Source of the DNA: Lytechinus pictus
Taxonomy: Eukaryota
Assembly: GCF_037042905.1 (NCBI RefSeq)
Contig: NC_087250.1
Coordinates: 17,610,001-17,674,000 of the forward strand
DNA: 64,000 nt
Direction of reading: 5' to 3'
Below, piece by piece: positions 1 to 11,113 of this stretch; the first letter of the stretch is position 1, and the number at the start of each line of letters is the position of its first letter. The translations under genes were made by a program, and so were the position numbers. The notes beneath the pieces were generated by a model. It saw nothing but the letters and a program-made list of their open reading frames with translations. It was not told the origin of the DNA and ran no database searches.

Positions 1-86
1 AAAAATGGGCTATATAAATTCAGCTTTTCTTTTCTGTGGGGGCGTTGTGGTCTAGTGGTCAACAATCCTGTCTTTCAATCAGAGGG

Positions 87-833
87 TAGCCTATAATCTA
101 GGCGGAGGCTGCAGTTATTGTCTTTGCTGTTATGCTGAACGCAAGAGATACGTCTGATCTGGGTACCGGTAGGATGTAATTCCTTAAAAAGCTGTGTGCG
201 CTATGAACGCCTAGCTTAGCAGGGTAATATAGGAGTGCCTTGAGCACCTAACAAGGTGGATATGTGCGCAATATAAATACCCTATATTATCTGGCGAAGA
301 CAACGCATTTGTGGCTGCAAAGCAGCCACCGCCTATACACTCCCGTCTTGCTTTGGATGTTTTTTTTTATATTATCGACTTTGAAATGACGCCAGTTTTT
401 CGTACAAAAAAATTTCATTTTTGTCAAACTTTCTTTGTTCTTATTCTTTGATTTTTCTGTTTCGACACAAGCCTACTTGTTCCAAAGGTTTCATTCCCCT
501 TTAAGAATCTGCCATTCGTAGCATTATTGACGACGGGAGGGATGTGGAAAAAGTGAAATCTACCAGGCAATCCTTCTGCGTAACGATAATATCTTCGCTT
601 TTATGATATCAAGTCGTTGGCACACGACAGCAATACAGGTACCGGTACGGATCCCGGTACCACAACACGTCCAACGACGAGAATACATGAATATTGATTG
701 GGCAGACGGGAGTGTATAGGCGGTGGCTGCTTTGCAGCCACAAATGCATAGTCTCCGCCAGATCAGACGTATCTCTTGCGTTCAGCATAACAGCAAAGAC
801 AATAACTGCAGCCTCCGCCTAGATTATAGGCTA
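87..833. mobile_element. Non-autonomous DNA transposon (MITE) with long TIRs and 9-bp TSD, Mutator-like
   Basis: TIR TAGCCTATAATCTAGGCGGAGGCTGCAG.. at 87 with its reverse complement ending at 833; TSD ATCAGAGGG at 78-86 and 834-842. Confidence 0.85.
163..288 (+). mobile_element. 5'-truncated SINE 3' fragment inserted in the left TIR of the MITE
   Basis: Interrupts the left TIR relative to the right TIR; flanked by ATCTGG (157-162, 289-294); ends in a SINE/L2-like tail TGTGCGCAATATAAAT. Confidence 0.6.
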
Positions 834-860
834 ATCAGAGGGACGTGGGTTCAATCCCCA

Positions 861-2370
861 TGTCACATTGTGTTTGATGTGAACTTGACTTATTAGTCTA
901 AACAGGTTGTTTGACCACCCAAGAATTAAACTATAAGATAAAATTGTACCTTTCAATCAAAATGAATTTATTATATATATCAATATTGCCATTATCGAGG
1001 CTCACAAGCTGTCAAAACATAAAGTTCAATAAACCAGTATCAATAAGTTTTGGAACAATCTGTCTCAATTCAAATTAGTATAATGTAAATAAACTAAGTA
1101 TTGTGACCTGCTATTCCTATTCAAAGGAAAGAGCATAAACTCTGTGTGTGTTCATGAAAACAATGTATATACTATACATATACCGACTTTATATTATGGG
1201 GAAAGTTCAGTTTCTCAAGTCTTCACTCATCACCCGGTGTCAGACGCAAATGGATGAGCAGTGCCGAACGGAAGACGATATGAGGATGAACTCGCGAATG
1301 CGATGAACTTGCCAAACTAGAAGAAACCGGATAACCTAGATCTCGGGACTTTCCCGTGGATAACGTAGCAATCGTAGAACGTCGTAAGACGTCGAAGAGG
1401 CCGTGAACGTCACAAGACGTAGGACGTAGCTAAACGAGGAGAACTTTGGCGATACATGGAGACACGGAACGTCAAAAGACGTGGATAAACCATGGAGAAA
1501 AACGGCCGTCTGGAAGAGAATACGCAAGGATTAACAGCCTACAGTCCATATCATTTCTGTTATTCAAATGGCTTATAATAAAGTAAATGCAGAGTACATT
1601 CAAGCAGGTCACTGAACTTTCTATACTTGCTTTCGAGTACCTAATAGCAGTGTCCTAACTCTGAACAAGTGAAACATTAATCCTAACAAAGCGTCATATA
1701 AAAATCTCCACTCTCCTTAGTTGACAAGTGTTTAACATTTGTAGTAAATAGACTAATTGTCTTGATAAATGACAAAATAGCTTTCAAGTTAAAATTATTG
1801 GACAGTTAAGTCACTTCCTAAAACAATCATTTCATGACGTGTGTAAGGCATAAAATGTATCATAAAGTGTATGACATAAATATAATATCCGATATCTTTA
1901 CATGTATGTCTTATATCTTAGTCTTTAAATAGCATAATTATCCTTCGTCATGTTCAATTGTAATACAAATTAACATAACAGTTTCTAAATGTTATCAAAG
2001 CCTTCCATAATTATATGGTAAAATAAAACATCAACTTACAGTCTGGACCTTGAATTCCAACCAGTGAACCAACCACTGCTGGCTTACATGCCACTCCAAA
2101 TATCAAAGGCGTGGCACCAAAGTGCTGGCTTTCCCAGCCAAGGAGCTGCTGAAAGGTGCTGCTGCACCCTATGCTTGCTTATCTGCAGTCTGCTGAGCAT
2201 TTGCTTGCATTGCCCTATGCAGTGCACACACACAATAGCTATCGAACACAGTGAGGGGTTGCCTACTCTAGCAGTCAGGTTTGGTCTATTCATAAACAAA
2301 TTAAGGAGTTACTCAACCAAGTAGGCTCTTCCACTGGCTAGTAAAGGGGAGTTTGAATAAGCTTCTGACA
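861..2370 (-). repeat. 3' LTR (1510 bp)
   Basis: TGTCACA..TCTGACA; matches 7294-8803 at offset 6433, and the ORF-track translations of both copies are identical. Confidence 0.95.
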
Positions 2371-2392
2371 ATTACCCCCTATTTGAAAAAAA
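2371..2392 (-). promoter_or_regulatory. Polypurine tract
   Basis: Minus strand AAATAGGGGGTAAT directly abuts the 3' LTR. Confidence 0.75.
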
Positions 2393-2990
2393 TGTATCAC
2401 ATTTTGCAAAAACCAAAATATAAGAGCTTATTTCAACTCTAACATTAACTTCCTGTCTTTGTTTCAATATCGTCAGTAATCAAATTAAACACGACTCCTT
2501 TTCTGGGATCGAGTTTTTTTCTTTTTTTTTCTTCTTCTTCAAAGAAAATCATCAACAATGCATATGTGTGTATATATATATATCTATTCCTATTTAAAAC
2601 ATGTATACAGATGTCTTAGTAATTATAGTTATTATTTGTCACAGTGTTCAAGAAACTTGTATTTATCAGACATGTATGTTCATATATTATGTATATTATG
2701 TATACTTACTTACTATAACTGAACATTACACTTCAATACCTACTAAATTTATGTTAATGGTATTGGTAACAAATTTGTTTTCATTTTTTTTTTTTTATAA
2801 AGAGAAATTATCGAGTAAGTTAATTACGCTTGATTTATTATGCGGATATTTCTATTCCTAACAAGACAAATAAAATATCTCTTTACCTACTTAAGATCTT
2901 TTCATGGTATTAGACAATCTTTTTTTTTTAACACAAAACTTTAGATCAAGATAATAAAAAAAACACTAGCTCACTTTAGCTAGTAAAATA

Positions 2991-5900
2991 TTAAATTACA
3001 TTAAACTCTACTTGTTGACAACCCAGTTGACATTTACTGAGCCGAGCAGTCAGTCCTGCTGCTCGCAGTCTTCTCAGCAATTCTTGTAGAATAACAAGAT
3101 GCTCTTCCCATGTAGGGGTGTGGATCAAGATGTCGTCTAGCTTCGAAAAGAAGCGGGACCCTGACAAACTAGAAAATATTTCTTGTGTCTTTGGAAGGGG
3201 CTCAGCATCAAAAACAGTCACGCGGTTCAACCGCCTAAAGTCTATGCAAAAGCGATTACTCCCATCTAACTTCTTGACAATAACAATTGGGGATGAATAT
3301 GGAGAATTAGACTTTTCTACTACTTCCATCTCAATCATCTTCTCAACTTCATTATCAATTACGCCACGGAGGGCATGAGGAACTGGATATGGCTTCTGTC
3401 GGACGGTGTCGTCAGACGTTAGCCGAATCGAATGTTCACCTAACCGAGTCTTACCAGGTAAATCAGTCATTACATCTCTATAACTACCAAGTATCCTCTT
3501 CAACTGACGCTGCTGACTAGTTTCTAAGTTAGGTCCTAACTTTACATCTTCAACAGTCTCTTTCGCTTCCAATCTTGGAACTTGTATAGTAATTGGGTTT
3601 GATGTTGGAGATGGATTGTCCTCGTCGTCTTTCTCTTCATGGTCGACGATCGTGGCCTGGGCAATCACATCCAACAACCCAGCAACAGTAACATTGGGAT
3701 CTGGATTATTACTACTACTACTATCTGAATTTGCCTTTGTTTTGTCAAACCTATCAATATATCTCCTCAAAAGGTTTGCATGGAATGTCTTGTGGTTTCC
3801 ATTAACATCAAGACGATAATCATTATCGCCAAGCTTGTGTACAACCTTAAATGGACCTTTCCACTGGAGGAGCAACTTATTATGATCAGTGGGGAGGAGG
3901 ATAAGTACCTTATCTCCAGGGTCAAATTTACGCTGCCTACTCCTAACATTGTAGTGCCTTTCACTTCTAGACGTTGCCTTACGAAGCTCATCATGAGCAG
4001 CTTCTAGAGTACTCTTCAATCTCTCTTTAAGATCGACTACATATTGATAAGTAGTCTTCAACTCGGGATCATGAGTTTCATCACTCCATAAGTCCTTGAG
4101 TATTTCTAGGGGACCTCTAACCTGCCTACCATAGATCAATTCGAAAGGGGAATACCTAAGGGATGCCTGAGGGGCTGATCTATATGCAAACAACACTGGT
4201 CCTATGTACCTGTCCCAATCATTGGGTCGATCCGCACAAACTCTTTTCAAGATTTGCTTTAGGGTCTGGTTGAAACGCTCAACCAAACCATTACAAGAGG
4301 GGTGGTAGGGTGTTGTGGTCAATTGTTTTATTGACAACAACCTACTCACCTCCTTCATCATGTCAGACGTGAACTGACTACCACGATCGGTAAGGATTTC
4401 CTGAGGAACTCCCACCCTACAAAACACTTCAACCATAGCCTCAGCTACTGTGGTTGTTTCGATATTTGGCAATGCGACTGCCTCTGGATAGCGAGACGCA
4501 TAATCAACAATGGTCAGGATATACCTGTTCTTCTTTGTAGTCATTGGATGGATAGGGCCTACTATATCAATAGCCACTCTGAGAAATGGAATATCTATTA
4601 CGGGCATTTTGCCAAGTGGCACTTTGGGAACTCTTCCCTTTGGTACTGTCCGCTGACAAATGTCACAAGAGCGACAGAAACGAGTAACATCGGCATGAAT
4701 GCCGGGCCAGAAGAAACAAGTTAAAATCTTCTCAGTGGTTTTGCCTATGCCTTGATGCCCACTCATTATTCCTTCATGAGCAAGTGACAACACAACTTTC
4801 CTAAAGACCCGAGGGACTACCAATTGTTTCACAGAATTACCTCTCTCATTCTTAGGTTGAAACATTCTGTACAACAGTCCATCATCTACTACGAAATAAG
4901 TGTTCTTTCTATCATCATCTGACAAACTAACTTGAGCGAGTTCTCTCGCTCTCTTCAAACTAGGATCCTTTGCAGTTTCTCTTCTAATTTCTTCAGGAGA
5001 AACATCTGGGATTTGAGATGGAACTTTCAAGGGCCGCTGGGGGCGTCGAGCTTCTCGACTCTGAGACCTTGTCTGCACAGCTAGGCCTACATTAGTACCA
5101 TCATCACAATTAACTTCAACTATCTCATCCTCAGAATTAGAGTTACCATTGGAATCTACATTCCTAACATGACCTTGAGTAATATCATCATCATGAACTT
5201 CAACTATCTCATCCTCAGAATTAGAGTTACCATTGGAATCTACATTCCTAACATGACCTTGAGTAATATCATCACCCTGAACTACCATTTTCCAATCTGG
5301 ATGGGGATTACTCACGGCACGGACACCTTCAATGTCCCCTATTATAACATCAAAAACTGGTGTCTCTATACACAGTGCTTCTATTGTACCTACAAACAAA
5401 GGTGAGCTAATATGGACATTAGCAGTAGGAAACCTACGCAGAGTCTGATCTATCAAAACACATTGTCTATATTTACCAGTAAATTGATCTGACCTCACAA
5501 GACTTTTCTTAACCGCAACACCGGAACATCCTGAATCATAAAGAACATCAACCTTGTGTGATCCAATCCTACCTTCAACAACAGTCAACTTACCACGCCA
5601 ACGACGCTGACATGCAGCACACATCATCGGTGATTTTTGTAAGGTATCTCTATTAACTATCTCTGACTTATCTTTCTCACTAACTAAAGACATTAACAAA
5701 AGTCCAAGTGTCTCACTTCCTTCCATATCTGGACTAACAAGCGAACAAGTTGCACAAGAATCTGACCTACTATCAAGTGACACTTTACTATTTGTTTCAT
5801 ACTGAGTTGATTCTCTTTTCTGATTTTGGCTACTACTTTTTGAATGATCAGTACTACAAATTAGACTTGCACCTTGTAATTTAGTGTTACATTTAGCTGC

Positions 5901-6803
5901 TAAATGCCCCATCTTGTTACAGATGAAACACGGACCAATTCTTTTCCGTTCAGGAAGTGAATTTCTTAAGTTCCCCGGACTTGTTTTAGCTTCACTGTCT
6001 GACTGAGGGTACCTACTACCTTGTGGCTTTCCCTTGTTATCGTTCTTATTTTTCCTGGTAATTCCAAAGTGACCACTATGGGCCTCTACATACGTGTCTG
6101 CTAGACTAGTCATCTCTGAAATATTCTTAGGTTTCCTTTCCTTCAGAAAAAGACCTAGAGAGGTTCCACCTCTCTCAACCAGTTGTTGCTTGAGCAACAT
6201 TTCTACTACACCATCGAATGTACGTTGCGTACCTGACAGATCAATCCAACGACTCAAATAATGTTCTAACCTAACAACAAATTGAGTGGGGGTCTCCCCA
6301 GACTGTGGATTGGAATACCTGAACTTTTGACGAAAATCGTCACAAGTAAGTTCAAACCTTAACAACAATGCTTCCTTGAGGGCATCATAATCTTCAGCTT
6401 TATCTGCTGGAAGTCTTGAATACACATCGAGTGCCTTACCCTGCAAGAGTGCACTTAAACTAATGGCCCAACTACTTCTTGGCCATGGCTGAACTTCCGC
6501 ATACTTCTCAAACCTTTTGAGATATGCGTCCATATTATCTTTTCCTTCAACAAAATGAGGGAGTTTCGGGGTTGGTACCAAACTACGACCGTTTCCATTA
6601 CCATTATCACTATCAGACCTACTCTGGCTTTGAACACGAGCCAATTCAAGTTTCATCTCCAGAATTTTTTCTTCCTCTTTCCTAACTTCTCTATTAGCCC
6701 TACGTTCCTCTCGCTCTAATTGTTCCCTTTCTCCTACAAATGAAAGAAGCTCAGGCCCTGACAGACCTAATTCCTTGCCAATCTCAAACCACTTAGTACT
6801 CAT
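2991..6803 (-). CDS. Gag-Pol polyprotein, 1270 aa: gag (SCAN-like capsid, CCHC knuckle), aspartic protease, integrase, truncated RT
   Basis: CFICNKMGHLAAKC knuckle; VLYDSGC protease; H..H..CRSC zinc finger; DIVGP/TDRGSQF/ERFN DDE core; WKGPF motif; then RT RFCIDFRRLN, FSKLD fused to DILIH, stop soon after. Confidence 0.92.
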   Translation of the reverse strand: MSTKWFEIGKELGLSGPELLSFVGEREQLEREERRANREVRKEEEKILEMKLELARVQSQSRSDSDNGNGNGRSLVPTPKLPHFVEGKDNMDAYLKRFEKYAEVQPWPRSSWAISLSALLQGKALDVYSRLPADKAEDYDALKEALLLRFELTCDDFRQKFRYSNPQSGETPTQFVVRLEHYLSRWIDLSGTQRTFDGVVEMLLKQQLVERGGTSLGLFLKERKPKNISEMTSLADTYVEAHSGHFGITRKNKNDNKGKPQGSRYPQSDSEAKTSPGNLRNSLPERKRIGPCFICNKMGHLAAKCNTKLQGASLICSTDHSKSSSQNQKRESTQYETNSKVSLDSRSDSCATCSLVSPDMEGSETLGLLLMSLVSEKDKSEIVNRDTLQKSPMMCAACQRRWRGKLTVVEGRIGSHKVDVLYDSGCSGVAVKKSLVRSDQFTGKYRQCVLIDQTLRRFPTANVHISSPLFVGTIEALCIETPVFDVIIGDIEGVRAVSNPHPDWKMVVQGDDITQGHVRNVDSNGNSNSEDEIVEVHDDDITQGHVRNVDSNGNSNSEDEIVEVNCDDGTNVGLAVQTRSQSREARRPQRPLKVPSQIPDVSPEEIRRETAKDPSLKRARELAQVSLSDDDRKNTYFVVDDGLLYRMFQPKNERGNSVKQLVVPRVFRKVVLSLAHEGIMSGHQGIGKTTEKILTCFFWPGIHADVTRFCRSCDICQRTVPKGRVPKVPLGKMPVIDIPFLRVAIDIVGPIHPMTTKKNRYILTIVDYASRYPEAVALPNIETTTVAEAMVEVFCRVGVPQEILTDRGSQFTSDMMKEVSRLLSIKQLTTTPYHPSCNGLVERFNQTLKQILKRVCADRPNDWDRYIGPVLFAYRSAPQASLRYSPFELIYGRQVRGPLEILKDLWSDETHDPELKTTYQYVVDLKERLKSTLEAAHDELRKATSRSERHYNVRSRQRKFDPGDKVLILLPTDHNKLLLQWKGPFKVVHKLGDNDYRLDVNGNHKTFHANLLRRYIDRFDKTKANSDSSSSNNPDPNVTVAGLLDVIAQATIVDHEEKDDEDNPSPTSNPITIQVPRLEAKETVEDVKLGPNLETSQQRQLKRILGSYRDVMTDLPGKTRLGEHSIRLTSDDTVRQKPYPVPHALRGVIDNEVEKMIEMEVVEKSNSPYSSPIVIVKKLDGSNRFCIDFRRLNRVTVFDAEPLPKTQEIFSSLSGSRFFSKLDDILIHTPTWEEHLVILQELLRRLRAAGLTARLSKCQLGCQQVEFNVI

Positions 6804-7273
6804 GTTTAAAGGTTTAAACTACCACTATCTAAGTCAAAAAACTATTGAGTAACTATATACTATATCAACTATTTCTTATAGGGGTGTTTGATAACTTGTG
6901 TGGCACAATTTTCATACATATTCAATTTTGCAACTCACCGACAATCCAAAATAAACCTTTACTCGCACTTGACCTTGCTGCGCATGCTCGTCGCTAGCAG
7001 GAGTGTTGGTGCACTGGATGGTCCTTGGCCCACTGACACAAAGAACTTGAAGGATTTCGGCTAAATTCTGAAAATTGAACAGAAAATTTTTCATAAGTAC
7101 ATGTCACAAATTTTGCGAGGGGTCATGTCATCGACCAATTAAATCTTATGTTTGTTGACCAATAAAACAAACAGAAAATCCTAGATTATCTTCATCAGTA
7201 CATTATACAAATCTAACAATCAAATCCTATACCAATTAATTCAACAAACAGGGTATGTTATGGCCTAAACAAC

Positions 7274-7290
7274 TCCCGGACAAGCCCCCA
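7274..7290 (-). promoter_or_regulatory. Primer-binding site for tRNA-Pro
   Basis: Minus strand TGGGGGCTTGTCCGGGA 3 nt inside the 5' LTR; one difference from the MLV-type Pro PBS TGGGGGCTCGTCCGGGA. Confidence 0.88.
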
Positions 7291-7293
7291 AAT

Positions 7294-8803
7294 TGTCACA
7301 TTGTGTTTGATGTGAACTTGACTTATTAGTCTAAACAGGTTGTTTGACCACCCAAGAATTAAACTATAAGATAAAATTGTACCTTTCAATCAAAATGAAT
7401 TTATTATATATATCAATATTGCCATTATCGAGGCTCACAAGCTGTCAAAACATAAAGTTCAATAAACCAGTATCAATAAGTTTTGGAACAATCTGTCTCA
7501 ATTCAAATTAGTATAATGTAAATAAACTAAGTATTGTGACCTGCTATTCCTATTCAAAGGAAAGAGCATAAACTCTGTGTGTGTTCATGAAAACAATGTA
7601 TATACTATACATATACCGACTTTATATTATGGGGAAAGTTCAGTTTCTCAAGTCTTCACTCATCACCCGGTGTCAGACGCAAATGGATGAGCAGTGCCGA
7701 ACGGAAGACGATATGAGGATGAACTCGCGAATGCGATGAACTTGCCAAACTAGAAGAAACCGGATAACCTAGATCTCGGGACTTTCCCGTGGATAACGTA
7801 GCAATCGTAGAACGTCGTAAGACGTCGAAGAGGCCGTGAACGTCACAAGACGTAGGACGTAGCTAAACGAGGAGAACTTTGGCGATACATGGAGACACGG
7901 AACGTCAAAAGACGTGGATAAACCATGGAGAAAAACGGCCGTCTGGAAGAGAATACGCAAGGATTAACAGCCTACAGTCCATATCATTTCTGTTATTCAA
8001 ATGGCTTATAATAAAGTAAATGCAGAGTACATTCAAGCAGGTCACTGAACTTTCTATACTTGCTTTCGAGTACCTAATAGCAGTGTCCTAACTCTGAACA
8101 AGTGAAACATTAATCCTAACAAAGCGTCATATAAAAATCTCCACTCTCCTTAGTTGACAAGTGTTTAACATTTGTAGTAAATAGACTAATTGTCTTGATA
8201 AATGACAAAATAGCTTTCAAGTTAAAATTATTGGACAGTTAAGTCACTTCCTAAAACAATCATTTCATGACGTGTGTAAGGCATAAAATGTATCATAAAG
8301 TGTATGACATAAATATAATATCCGATATCTTTACATGTATGTCTTATATCTTAGTCTTTAAATAGCATAATTATCCTTCGTCATGTTCAATTGTAATACA
8401 AATTAACATAACAGTTTCTAAATGTTATCAAAGCCTTCCATAATTATATGGTAAAATAAAACATCAACTTACAGTCTGGACCTTGAATTCCAACCAGTGA
8501 ACCAACCACTGCTGGCTTACATGCCACTCCAAATATCAAAGGCGTGGCACCAAAGTGCTGGCTTTCCCAGCCAAGGAGCTGCTGAAAGGTGCTGCTGCAC
8601 CCTATGCTTGCTTATCTGCAGTCTGCTGAGCATTTGCTTGCATTGCCCTATGCAGTGCACACACACAATAGCTATCGAACACAGTGAGGGGTTGCCTACT
8701 CTAGCAGTCAGGTTTGGTCTATTCATAAACAAATTAAGGAGTTACTCAACCAAGTAGGCTCTTCCACTGGCTAGTAAAGGGGAGTTTGAATAAGCTTCTG
8801 ACA
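7294..8803 (-). repeat. 5' LTR (1510 bp)
   Basis: Direct repeat of 861-2370, adjacent to the PBS. Confidence 0.95.
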
Positions 8804-9316
8804 CCCCAGCCATTGTCTGTTTTGCTTCAAGAAATTTACCTACATTGTGCTGTACTCAACCAGTTACTGGTAAGAAGAAATTCCTCAAATGCCAGAGCAG
8901 ACCTGCTTTTTTTTTACAAAATCGTAATTTATTGAGAAAAACATCTCTTTATGTCTCTATTTCATTATGGTCATTAGATCAATGTAATTTCAGGTAACTT
9001 GTTTTTTTTTTCAATCATTTTGTAAAAATCAGGATGAGATATACACAAGTTTCAATGGTTTTTTTTTTTTTCATCTGCAAGAGCAGTGCGCATTTTAGCT
9101 TGCATGCAGCTTGAGCGTCGTGATGGGAGAGTGCGCCAAGCATTTTATTATGAAATACACTTTTTTTGGGAAAAATACAAAATATTTATCTCACACGGTA
9201 AAAATACTGATTTTTTTGTCAAAATACTGATTTTGGGGGATAAGAATACTGAAAATGCAAAATACAACTTGGCAGCTCTGCCAGAGCACCTGTAGGCAGC
9301 ACGGCTATAGCCTGGG

Positions 9317-9681
9317 TAATAATAATCCACTTTTATATAGCGCTTAATGGTACGCTTAATACATTGGAATGAAGTGTCTTAGTGCTTTACAGATATATTA
9401 TTACCCCGGTCAGCGGATTCAATCAGTCATTCCCGCGTACAATGTGTGCACATCCTTGACTCCCTGTGGAGCATTCCAGTCAGTTGCCGGTGAGGCGCAC
9501 ACAATACTGGACAAGCTACAATAACTTTCACATCCTACCTGGTACCCATTTAGCACCTGGGTCAAGAGTGGCAAAGTGTGGATTAACACCTTGCCAAAGG
9601 ACGCCAGACAGTGGTGGGATTCGAACACACGACCCTCTGTTTGCAAGGCGAGAGTTAGAACCACTACACCACGGCTCCTCC
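9317..9681 (-). mobile_element. Full-length tRNA-derived SINE
   Basis: Minus strand GGAGGAGCCGTGGTGTAGTGG (A box), GTTCGAATCCC (B box), core GACCCAGGTGCTAAATGGGTACC, tail GCGCTATATAAAAG..(ATT)n. Confidence 0.85.
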
Positions 9682-9785
9682 ACTTTAATGATAACGTTAT
9701 TGCATTGTGCAGTTGAGTATATACTTGCGCAATGTAATTGTACAGTTATTTTTATCTGTCAATTACTTTGGGTGTTTGTGTACAG

Positions 9786-9894
9786 GGTGTCGAAGAAACC
9801 TCCAATGCCATATGAATTCTGGCAGGACAAGCTACGCAAGAACCTTGATGTCTGGTATGCCTTTCTAAGCGTTGAGACTGCTACACGACAAAGT
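9786..9894 (+). CDS. BRD10: BRD10/KIAA2026-like chromatin protein, internal exon (earlier exons lie upstream of the window)
   Basis: tacag|..|gtgagt; VSKKPPMPYEFWQDKLRKNLDVWYAF; joins the next exon in phase 0. Confidence 0.7.
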
Positions 9895-10429
9895 GTGAGT
9901 TGAATCGTTGTATTCCCATTCTCAGTTTCTGTTTCGTATCGCCATGTTAATAATGATAATGATAGTAATATGGATATTTGTAATGCTCCAGTATCAATAA
10001 TGAGAAGATGTTTATGGCACAGTAAAGACAAGAAAATAAATGGAAACATATTTTTAAAATAGTCAAAGGTTATATGTGACCTGCAACCCCTAAAACAATA
10101 GTAAGTCACCCAAAATTAATTTCAAGATTTTTATGGAGCTTGGCAATTCCATAAAATGATCAACCATTTTGTACGTCTGATCCCCATTTTTCTCAAGTTG
10201 TACTTCACTTCATAAACTCACCAAGTCATGGTCCTTTGAGAACATTACAGACTCTCAAAAGAACAAGAAATATGAAACAGAAAATTTCATGAAGGTCCCA
10301 CATAGGGGGGTCGGACGTACATATTTATGGAATTGCCCAACTTTGTCAGCTCCGGTTTAAAAAAATTGGATGAGTCAGGCCTAATTGAACAATAAACTTT
10401 CGTTATTGTTTGTCTGTGTAATTCCTCAG

Positions 10430-10567
10430 GTTGCCCGTCATCTGTACATCTCTGAGCGTTTCTTTGAAGTGCTTGGGGATGTGAACCCCCTGACTGGTCG
10501 TCAGTATCATGATCTATCCATCTATGAGAGAGTTTGGATATTGAAGGGCATGTGTGATCATCTCTTT
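10430..10567 (+). CDS. BRD10: BRD10-like exon, WHIM1-like motif
   Basis: cctcag|..|gtaagt; FFEVLGDVNPL..YHDLSIYERVWILKGMCDHLF. Confidence 0.78.
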
Positions 10568-11113
10568 GTAAGTCTGAGCTTTATTCAAGCAATTCCATGA
10601 CATTTGCTCCGGCGAAAATTGCTCCGATGTAAAATCTACACGTTTAGCCAAACATAAGACCTAACCTCCAAAACTAAATAATAGACCCTCATCTTAATCT
10701 TTACATTATTCTGAACCAAAAACTCTATTACAATCTTAACTCTAACCCTATGCCCTCAGAGATATTAAGTCCAGAGCAAATGTCGTGTCGCCACCTGCGA
10801 AGTCAGCAACATATCTTTGAAATGTATCTTACATGTTGCACTGTTTATATTGGATTTAAAATTTCCCCTAAATTACATGTAGGTAACATCAAAAGGAAAA
10901 GAAAATCTCCCAGTTGACTTTGCTTGACCTAACTAATGAGAGGTACTGGTATATTAAACATGTTCTTCATGAGCTGGTCTAATTGCTCCGACTTGTGAAT
11001 TTTATATGGAGTTTGAACTGTGAAAGTTGAACCTATGTCTGTTTATTTTTGCATAATATCACTGTGATTGTGCCATACGCTCATTTGGATGATTTTGTTT
11101 CGCTGATCCCCAG

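Larger units (their letters stand above)
861..8803 (-). mobile_element. Gmr1-like Ty3/gypsy LTR retrotransposon, non-autonomous (RT deleted, no RNase H)
   Basis: Two 1510-bp direct repeats with TG..CA ends, TSD CCCCA (856-860, 8804-8808), PBS, PPT, gag-pol ORF in PR-IN-RT order. Confidence 0.95.
38..8870 (+). mobile_element. tRNA-derived SINE split by two insertions (head 38-86, B-box segment 843-860, body about 8809-8870)
   Basis: A-box-like GGGGCGTTGTGGTCTAGTGG at 38-58; B-box GGGTTCAATCCC at 847-858; body (..AAGAAATTTACCTACATTGTGCTGTACTCAACCAG) resumes after the LTR and resembles the intact SINE at 9317-9681. Confidence 0.7.

Noticed and set aside
1336..2324. Short ORFs duplicated at 7769-8757
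   Set aside because: They are duplicated only because they lie in the LTRs; no recognisable protein features
2400..2990. env-like or accessory gene after pol
   Set aside because: AT-rich low-complexity sequence with no credible ORF on the element's sense strand
9590..9681. tRNA gene (also 38-86 and 33149-33200)
   Set aside because: tRNA-like heads run into SINE bodies and lack a complete cloverleaf and terminator
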